NCBI GenBank assembly: GCA_024636005.1
Contig: JAGXHV010000091.1
Location: 2,133 to 66,132 of the forward strand
DNA from: Bacillota bacterium
Lineage (GTDB): Bacteria; Bacillota; Clostridia; Peptostreptococcales; Acidaminobacteraceae
Direction of reading: 5' to 3'
DNA: 64,000 bases
Both the position numbers and the translations under genes were made by a program. Positions 57,718 through 64,000 of the stretch are shown here, one piece after another. A model generated the notes under the pieces. It was not told where the DNA came from, searched no databases, and saw only the letters and a program-made list of their open reading frames with translations. How positions within the stretch are numbered: the stretch's first letter is position 1; every line of letters starts with the position of its first letter.

Positions 57718-59052
57718 CTATTGAACATTGAGTTTCTTGACTCGAGTGTATGGTCCGCCAAATCCGACAGGCAGTGGATATTGTTCCATCTTTCCGCAAC
57801 CGCCTCCGACAAAACTAAGAAGGTCGAATTCCTCACTCACAGCATCCACTTCACCCAAAGTCTCAAAGACATTTCCAGTGACCACAGAAATTTTGACCGG
57901 TGTCGTGATCTTGCCATTTTCAATCTTATAGGCTCTGGAAGGCGCAATCGTAAACGTTGACATACCAGAACCGTGCTTAATGTTATCAACATAGATGCCG
58001 TTATCAATTTCTGCAACTATATCAGCAAGGGGTCTATTCCCCTTTTCGATATAAGTGGTCGTCATTCTGACAATCGGCTCGAATTCGAAGCTTGTAGCCC
58101 TTGCATTGCCGGTAAGTTCTTCCTCTAAAAGAGCACTCGTACTCGTGCTGTGCAGTCTTCCCGTAAGCACACCATCTGTGACAATATAAGTCTTCTTGCC
58201 TTTGGTTCCCTCGTCATCGTATGGAACATAACCGTTGCCTTTGACCTGCCCATCATCGATAATAGTCAGAATAGGAGTTCCTACCGTCTTTCCAATCGCC
58301 CATTCCGCCTTCATCGTTTCATCGCCTACCATGAAATCCGACTCACTTTTATGTCCAAAACTCTCATGAGTGAAAACACCTGTTGCAAGCGGACTCAACA
58401 GAACAGTGTAAATCCCAGGTTCCACAGGTTTCGCATTCTTTACAAAGTCAATGTTCTTTTTCATTTCATCGTTAATAAAATCTTCCAGCTCAAACAAATC
58501 TTCAAATAAGCTTCCCGCCCTAGACATACTAGTTTGGTCTTTGCTCTCACCATTTGAAAGTTCAAGACTGATTCTTATACCACAGGTTTGCTTGTCAAAA
58601 GTGACATCAGTACCTTTTGATGAATAAATGGATTTTATGATCTTGTTGTCTACATAATATGAAGTGTGATGCACAATGGTCTCATCACTCACGAGACCGA
58701 TATATCGCTCGAGCATAGCTTTTTTCTCTGCGATTGGCACATCTGTTATGGAGTTGTGCTTATACTGGATCAATTGATCCTTATGTACTTCAAATTGTCT
58801 GACTATCGGGTGATTATTGATCTCCGGATTTGGTTTTGCCATTTTTGCCAGCGTGTCAATCTGTTCCTGAACCGCATCGACATCTGTTGTAGATGCATAA
58901 TACCAACGGTTCCCATCATAGACCCTTACAAATGCGCCTTTGTTGTTGCGTACCTTTTGTTCCTGCAGAATCATTTTTTTGAAACTGATCTTGGTTTCAA
59001 ATGTTTCTTCAATCCGAACATCCACATATAGATTTTCTGGAAATTTAAACAT
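57718..59052 (-). CDS. tldD: TldD-family metalloprotease
   Basis: THESFGH.SE.D, YDDEG, TGNARA, PIVRMT.TY, GGCGK.EQ.PLPV..GGP. Confidence 0.9.
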   Translation of the reverse strand: MFKFPENLYVDVRIEETFETKISFKKMILQEQKVRNNKGAFVRVYDGNRWYYASTTDVDAVQEQIDTLAKMAKPNPEINNHPIVRQFEVHKDQLIQYKHNSITDVPIAEKKAMLERYIGLVSDETIVHHTSYYVDNKIIKSIYSSKGTDVTFDKQTCGIRISLELSNGESKDQTSMSRAGSLFEDLFELEDFINDEMKKNIDFVKNAKPVEPGIYTVLLSPLATGVFTHESFGHKSESDFMVGDETMKAEWAIGKTVGTPILTIIDDGQVKGNGYVPYDDEGTKGKKTYIVTDGVLTGRLHSTSTSALLEEELTGNARATSFEFEPIVRMTTTYIEKGNRPLADIVAEIDNGIYVDNIKHGSGMSTFTIAPSRAYKIENGKITTPVKISVVTGNVFETLGEVDAVSEEFDLLSFVGGGCGKMEQYPLPVGFGGPYTRVKKLNVQ

Positions 59053-59146
59053 GCATTGCCTCCTTATCAATATAATTTATTTTATATGACTATAATGTAA
59101 CACATATTTGTTAATTAATCGTTAGAATTTCGTTAGAATGTAAAAG

Positions 59147-59176
59147 CAGGCCATTTGCGAATTCACAAATGGCCTG
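59147..59176. terminator. Hairpin after the clpB-atl operon
   Basis: CAGGCCATTTG(C)GA-AT-TC(A)CAAATGGCCTG followed by T tract on the minus strand. Confidence 0.65.
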
Positions 59177-59184
59177 AGCCTTGA

Positions 59185-59496
59185 TTATAGTTTGTAGTTT
59201 TTCATGTCCACAATGTTCTCACTAATAAAACCCACGCCTTCATTTTGAAGCAAAGTGATCTGTTCCAACTCTCCGTCGCCTCTCAGAATAACCTGACCCG
59301 CTTTGTTCACTACACGGTGCCAAGGAAGATTTTCTTTCTCAGATAGAGAACTTAGGATGCGTACCACCTGTCTTGCACCATTCGGATGACCCGCTGCTTT
59401 TGCCACATCACCATACGTTGTAACCTTCCCATATGGGATTTGATTCAAAACTGCAAGTACATCTTTTGTAAACTGTGTGTATCTATTTTCTTCCAT
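59185..59496 (-). CDS. Alkyltransferase-like protein (Atl/YbaZ type)
   Basis: IPYGKVTTYG.VA, ARQV, PWHRV (Trp in place of the catalytic Cys). Confidence 0.9.
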   Translation of the reverse strand: MEENRYTQFTKDVLAVLNQIPYGKVTTYGDVAKAAGHPNGARQVVRILSSLSEKENLPWHRVVNKAGQVILRGDGELEQITLLQNEGVGFISENIVDMKNYKL

Positions 59497-59510
59497 TATT
59501 GCCTCACATT

Positions 59511-62090
59511 CTATAGGACCTCTATGACAAAACTGTCGCCTTCCACATCCATAAGGACGTGTCCCGATTCACTCACATCTCCTCTGATAATGACTTTTGC
59601 AAGTGCGGTTTCAACATGCTTTTGAATGTACCTTTTGATTGGTCTGGCGCCGAAAGCCTGATCATAACCTTCGTTTGCGATTTTTTGAATCGCCAAGTCT
59701 GAGAGTTCAATTTTGATTGCCGTCCTCTTTTGAAGACTCACCATGTACATCCTAATGATACGCTCAATATCCTCACGTGTCAAAGGTGTGAAAAGCACAA
59801 TCTCGTCCAGACGATTTAAAAACTCAGGCTTAAAGTACTGGTGCATAAGTTTCATGATGTCCTTGCGTATGGCGTCATCAATCTCACCACCCATTGATAG
59901 TCGATCCAGTAAAATCTGACTTCCTATGTTGGATGTCAGTATTATAACAGTGTTTTTAAAATCCACCACACGCCCCCCGCTATCGGTCAATCTTCCGTCA
60001 TCAAGGAGTTGAAGCAAGACGCCCCACACTTCGGGATGTGCTTTTTCGATTTCGTCGAACAAGATCACGGAATAAGGTTTCCGTCTTACCGCTTCCGTCA
60101 ATTGGCCACCCTCTTCATAACCCACATACCCCGGAGGCGCACCAATAAGTCTGGCTACCGAATGTCGCTCCATATACTCACTCATGTCAATCCGTACCAT
60201 ATTGTTTTCACTGTCAAAAAGTGCTTCTGCGAGGGCTTTTGCGAGCTCAGTCTTTCCGACGCCTGTCGGTCCAAGGAAAACAAATGAACCAATTGGGCGG
60301 TTGGGATCCTTTAGACCTGACCGAGCTCTCAGAACGGCTTCCGTCACAGCTTCTACCGCTTCGTTCTGACCAACGACACGGTTATGCAAAAGGTCATCAA
60401 GGTGAAGCAATTTATCCGTCTCAGATGCGTTCAACTTTTGAACCGGAATACCTGTCCACTTGGAGACGATTTCTGCGATTTCCTCCTCTGTAACCTCTTC
60501 CTTCAACAGTTTGAAGTCTTGCTTATGTTCCTCTTTTGATGCTTCTAAAAGCTGTTTTTCAAGTTCCGCCAACTTTCCATATTTGAGTTCAGCAAGCTTT
60601 TCTAAATCATAAGCTCGTTCTGATTCCTCAATTTCACGTTTGACGGACTCGATTTCCGACTTCAAATCCTTTTCTCTGCTGAGTTGGGCTTTTTCCTTCA
60701 TCCACTGTGCCTTCATTTCCTGTTGTGAAGCCTTGATCCTCTCAATATCCTTGTTCAAAGTCTCAAGCCTTTCCATGGATGCTGGATCGGTTTCCTTCGC
60801 CAAGGCTTGTTTTTCAATTTCAAGCTGCATCAACTTGCGAAGCGCCTCATCGAGTTCAGCCGGCATGCTGTCAATTTCAGTGCGGATCATTGCCGCCGCT
60901 TCATCCATTAAATCGATAGCTTTATCCGGTAAAAACCGATCTGTAATGTAACGATTGGAAAGTGTTGCGCATGCGACAAGTGCACCGTCTGTGATTCTCA
61001 CCCCATGATGGATCTCAAATCGCTCTTTAAGACCGCGAAGAATGGAGATTGTATCCTCGACATTTGGTTGGTCTACAACAATCGGTTGAAAACGCCGTTC
61101 GAGGGCGGCATCTTTTTCAATGTGATTTCTGTATTCATCTAAAGTGGTTGCGCCAATACATCTAAGTTCACCACGTGCAAGCATCGGTTTCAGAAGATTG
61201 CCAGCGTCCATTGATCCTTCTGCTTTTCCGGCACCAACTATCGTGTGCAGTTCATCGATAAATAGGATTATTCCACCTTCTGCAGACTGAACTTCAGCGA
61301 GTAACGCCTTGAGACGTTCCTCAAATTCACCCCTGAATTTGGCTCCTGCAATGAGCGCCCCCATATCAAGTGCATAGATTTGTTTGTCCTTTAATCCTTC
61401 AGGTACATCACCTGCTAAAATACGTTGGGCCAAGCCTTCGACGACTGCCGTTTTTCCTACACCCGGTTCTCCAATGAGTACAGGATTATTCTTGGTTCTT
61501 CTCGATAAAATTCTAATCACTCTTCTTATTTCTGAATCCCTTCCGATAACAGGATCGAGTTTACCGGCTTTTGCGCGTTCAATGAGATTGATACTATATT
61601 TGCTAAGCGCTTCATAACCCACTTCTGGATTTTGACTGGTGACGCGTTGATTGCTTCTGATGGATTTAAGAGCTATGAGAAAATTTTCAGTGGTTATATT
61701 GAACCTATTGAACAAACTGGTTGAAAATGAATTCCGCTCTTCAAGTAAGGCCAGGTAAAGATGTTCCACGCTGACATAATCATCTTTGAAACGTTTCGCT
61801 TCATCCTCTGCATAGATTAAAAGTTGATTGAGTCTTCTTGTTCCAGAGAGCTGAACATCATCTCCATAGACCTTAGGCATCTTCTCCAAATAGTCGTATA
61901 ACGCGGATGCAACTGCTTTCACATCGATACCAATTGCGGAAAGAACGTTCGCGACCATACTTCCTTCCACTTCAAGGAGTGCATAATGTAGATGCTCGCC
62001 ATCCAATTTTGCATGATTAAGTTTGATGGCCACCTTCTGCGCAAGTTCAAGCACTTCATTTGTTTTTTGTGTGAATTTTTCAGTGTTCAT
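59511..62090 (-). CDS. clpB: ATP-dependent disaggregase ClpB
   Basis: Two AAA+ modules ([16 protein letters not shown]), long coiled-coil M domain, [12 protein letters not shown]; no IGF loop seen. Confidence 0.96.
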   Translation of the reverse strand: MNTEKFTQKTNEVLELAQKVAIKLNHAKLDGEHLHYALLEVEGSMVANVLSAIGIDVKAVASALYDYLEKMPKVYGDDVQLSGTRRLNQLLIYAEDEAKRFKDDYVSVEHLYLALLEERNSFSTSLFNRFNITTENFLIALKSIRSNQRVTSQNPEVGYEALSKYSINLIERAKAGKLDPVIGRDSEIRRVIRILSRRTKNNPVLIGEPGVGKTAVVEGLAQRILAGDVPEGLKDKQIYALDMGALIAGAKFRGEFEERLKALLAEVQSAEGGIILFIDELHTIVGAGKAEGSMDAGNLLKPMLARGELRCIGATTLDEYRNHIEKDAALERRFQPIVVDQPNVEDTISILRGLKERFEIHHGVRITDGALVACATLSNRYITDRFLPDKAIDLMDEAAAMIRTEIDSMPAELDEALRKLMQLEIEKQALAKETDPASMERLETLNKDIERIKASQQEMKAQWMKEKAQLSREKDLKSEIESVKREIEESERAYDLEKLAELKYGKLAELEKQLLEASKEEHKQDFKLLKEEVTEEEIAEIVSKWTGIPVQKLNASETDKLLHLDDLLHNRVVGQNEAVEAVTEAVLRARSGLKDPNRPIGSFVFLGPTGVGKTELAKALAEALFDSENNMVRIDMSEYMERHSVARLIGAPPGYVGYEEGGQLTEAVRRKPYSVILFDEIEKAHPEVWGVLLQLLDDGRLTDSGGRVVDFKNTVIILTSNIGSQILLDRLSMGGEIDDAIRKDIMKLMHQYFKPEFLNRLDEIVLFTPLTREDIERIIRMYMVSLQKRTAIKIELSDLAIQKIANEGYDQAFGARPIKRYIQKHVETALAKVIIRGDVSESGHVLMDVEGDSFVIEVL

Positions 62091-62160
62091 TCAAATCATC
62101 ATCCTTTCTTACGATTTTTCGCAAAGCGAAAATATTGGGCGTAGGTATGGTTCTCGCGAA

Positions 62161-62247
62161 GCGAAACTATACTAGCCTCTCAGTTGATATTTCGAGACAG
62201 TATCGTAGCGAAACTATATTAGCGTCACAGTTGATATTTCGAGACAG
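62161..62247. repeat. Tandem direct repeat (2 x 40 bp, 47-bp period) in the clpB leader
   Basis: GCGAAACTATACTAGCCTCTCAGTTGATATTTCGAGACAG versus GCGAAACTATATTAGCGTCACAGTTGATATTTCGAGACAG (37/40). Confidence 0.85.
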
Positions 62248-62268
62248 AATCAAAGGAAACTTACTCCG

Positions 62269-62295
62269 TTAGCACTCTCGTCCTTAGAGTGCTAA
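62269..62295. promoter_or_regulatory. CIRCE element (HrcA operator)
   Basis: TTAGCACTC-TCGTCCTTA-GAGTGCTAA, exact consensus. Confidence 0.95.
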
Positions 62296-62306
62296 CGGAT
62301 AATTTA

Positions 62307-62335
62307 ATTATAATACTCCCCCCAATTATTGTCAA
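62307..62335 (-). promoter_or_regulatory. Consensus sigmaA promoter of clpB
   Basis: TTGACA (62335-62330)-N17-TATAAT (62312-62307), immediately upstream of CIRCE. Confidence 0.85.
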
Positions 62336-62432
62336 ATAATTTTGAGGAGTCGCGTACGAAGCTTATAAGTCTCAAACGGTCAATGGCAAAGTTGTGTTAT
62401 AATAATATACGAGTATACTAAATTTTGGAGGT

Positions 62433-62618
62433 ATGAATATGAACAATGAAGTCAAAAAGCCGTTAGATGAAAAGAAATCTAAAGAAACTTCTTTTATTGC
62501 TCTAGGAATATCATTAGGTCTTATCTTTGGGGCTGCTGTAAAAAACATTGCTCTTGGACTAGCGATTGGCGTAGCAATCGGTGCGAGTTTAGATTCTAAC
62601 AAAAAAGGAAAAAGTTAA
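62433..62618 (+). CDS. Small glycine-zipper membrane protein
   Basis: GGAGG RBS, ALGISLGLIFGA and LGLAIGVAIGA. Confidence 0.7.
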   Translation: MNMNNEVKKPLDEKKSKETSFIALGISLGLIFGAAVKNIALGLAIGVAIGASLDSNKKGKS

Positions 62619-62674
62619 CTCCAGCACTGGAGCTGACCTATAAATGAAATTAAAATATGAAAGGAGGTAGTATT

Positions 62675-62833
62675 ATGAAATATGTCTGTACTGTATGCGG
62701 CTACATCTATGATCCAGCACTAGGAGATCCTGACAATGGAATAGCTCCTGGAACAGAATTCGTAGATTTACCAGAAGATTGGACCTGTCCATTGTGTGGT
62801 GTTCCTAAAGAAGATTTTGAACCAGTAGAATAG
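62675..62833 (+). CDS. Rubredoxin (52 aa; below the ORF-track cutoff)
   Basis: AAAGGAGG RBS; [52 protein letters not shown]. Confidence 0.97.
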   Translation: MKYVCTVCGYIYDPALGDPDNGIAPGTEFVDLPEDWTCPLCGVPKEDFEPVE

Positions 62834-62886
62834 TTTTAAAACAAATACATCGAAAAAATATGAGATTTATAGAAAGGAATTATGAA

Positions 62887-63075
62887 ATGAAAGCGATTAT
62901 TGATGACGGCTGTATTGGTTGTGGCATATGTGCCGAGACATGTGAAGAAGTATTTAAAATGAATGACGACGGATTAGCAGAAGCATTTGCAAAGGTCACT
63001 CCTGAACTTGAGGGCTCTGCACAAGAAGCAGCTGACTCATGCCCCGTGAGCATTATTCATATCGAAGAAGATTAA
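62887..63075 (+). CDS. Single-cluster ferredoxin
   Basis: CIGCGICAETC...AADSCPV; AAAGGA RBS. Confidence 0.92.
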   Translation: MKAIIDDGCIGCGICAETCEEVFKMNDDGLAEAFAKVTPELEGSAQEAADSCPVSIIHIEED

Positions 63076-63082
63076 AAGTATC

Positions 63083-63132
63083 ATAGAGAACCACTGATGA
63101 TTTTGATTCAAAGCTCATCAGTGGTTCTTTAT
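63083..63132. terminator. Intrinsic terminator hairpin
   Basis: AGAACCACTGATGA...TCATCAGTGGTTCT. Confidence 0.7.
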
Positions 63133-63190
63133 GTCGTATGCATATAAAAAAACTCAGTGATATTCTCACTGAGCTGTATCCTAATAATTA

Positions 63191-64000
63191 TTAACTCGAA
63201 GCCGCACTAGATGCCGCAGTCGCAGCCGATATCGCAGCAATCATTGCAACTGTCTGTGCGACAATCACACTTTCTATGGTCAATCCAAGGACGGTTTCCA
63301 TCTCAGTTCCATTTTCATCAGAATGTTCTTCAAGCCATTGATCTGCCACTAAAGCAGATGCAAAAAGCATATTCATACCTTTGCCAAGCCATTTGAACTT
63401 CTTGAGTTTCATCAGATATTTGGTAAGCTCTATAAAATCCTCTGTAAGTTTATGGCTGCCTTCTTCTAAAAGTGCAATCATTGCAATTGATGGATAATAT
63501 CCCATGCTGCTCTTAAGCTTGTTCGCTTTAAGCGTAGTGTTGAGTTCTTCGCACTTTTCGATAAGCTGTGATGGACCAAGTGTGCTGAGTGATACGATAT
63601 GTGAAAGCAATTGTAACTCATTGCCTTTTGTAAATCCTCTTTTACTCAATGCCTCATAAATTTGTTCAATGGTGTCGGTTCTTTTTTGCTTTTGTGCGAT
63701 TAAAATACTGAGTGGATAATCGGCACCATCCGTCAGAAAAGGATGTGCTTTCTTCATTTCTTTATAGATGGTATTTGCCCTTTCAGCGATAGATCTATAT
63801 TCAAATGCATCACTTCCACTAAAAAGCGTATAGCTGGTCATTGGTAGATAAGTGCTGCTTTTAAAACCCGACTCTTTTAAAATGGCTTCAGCTTGTTTGA
63901 TTTTCTCAAGATTGCTCGCCACATCGCCCTCTTCCAGAGCAAGTAAAGTTGCTAGCAAAAATTTTATCGTTCCTCTATAATTTGAAAAAACCCCGGTGGT
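63191..64000 (-). CDS. DUF4003-like protein; 5' end outside the window
   Basis: Frame open to the window edge (TGVFSNYRG...), MKKAHPFLT...DY, F.KGN.LQ.LSH, Ala/Ser-rich C-terminus. Confidence 0.75.
   Translation of the reverse strand, partial: TTGVFSNYRGTIKFLLATLLALEEGDVASNLEKIKQAEAILKESGFKSSTYLPMTSYTLFSGSDAFEYRSIAERANTIYKEMKKAHPFLTDGADYPLSILIAQKQKRTDTIEQIYEALSKRGFTKGNELQLLSHIVSLSTLGPSQLIEKCEELNTTLKANKLKSSMGYYPSIAMIALLEEGSHKLTEDFIELTKYLMKLKKFKWLGKGMNMLFASALVADQWLEEHSDENGTEMETVLGLTIESVIVAQTVAMIAAISAATAASSAASS

Noticed and set aside
62330-62392. CtsR box upstream of clpB
   Set aside because: GTCAAA and GGTCAA occur singly (one is the -35 hexamer); there is no properly spaced heptad direct repeat.
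2662-63396. Numerous antisense or alternate-frame ORFs in the track (e.g. 4311-4868, 11079-11693, 15976-16602, 17439-17972, 52910-53320)
   Set aside because: They overlap well-supported genes and have no recognisable motifs or RBS; treated as shadow ORFs.
1-64000. rRNA, tRNA, prophage, transposase or integrase genes
   Set aside because: No diagnostic sequences or protein motifs were seen, and intergenic spaces are short. A covariance-model scan would be needed to exclude small ncRNAs.

Overview
A ~40% GC chromosomal segment from an anaerobic Firmicute (Clostridia-like, inferred from sigmaA promoters, GGAGG RBSs, CIRCE, CymR and rubredoxin/ferredoxin). It holds about 55 CDSs. These include a YjiH-type transporter with a divergent IclR regulator, cymR with a cystine-type ABC importer, alkylation-repair genes, a codB-codA-lacI-preA-like pyrimidine cluster, a Hanks kinase with a duplicated N-lobe, an SbcD/SbcC-like pair, a serpin, c-di-GMP enzymes, topB, tldD/tldE, and clpB with a CIRCE box. 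I found no rRNA, tRNA, CRISPR array, transposase or integrase. The strongest candidate for an undescribed system is a two-gene operon at 23851-29192. It pairs a ~1350-aa PPDK-derived dikinase (ATP-grasp and phospho-His domains kept, pyruvate barrel absent, ~860-aa unknown N-terminal region) with a divergent GAPDH carrying an NADP-type signature. Other notable items are a modular intergenic repeat family whose REP-like hairpins bracket a PHP gene, a PreA-like protein lacking the catalytic Cys, a dikinase homologue that has lost both its ATP-grasp domain and its catalytic His, and two pseudogenes. All family assignments come from motif recognition by eye; no database searches were run.
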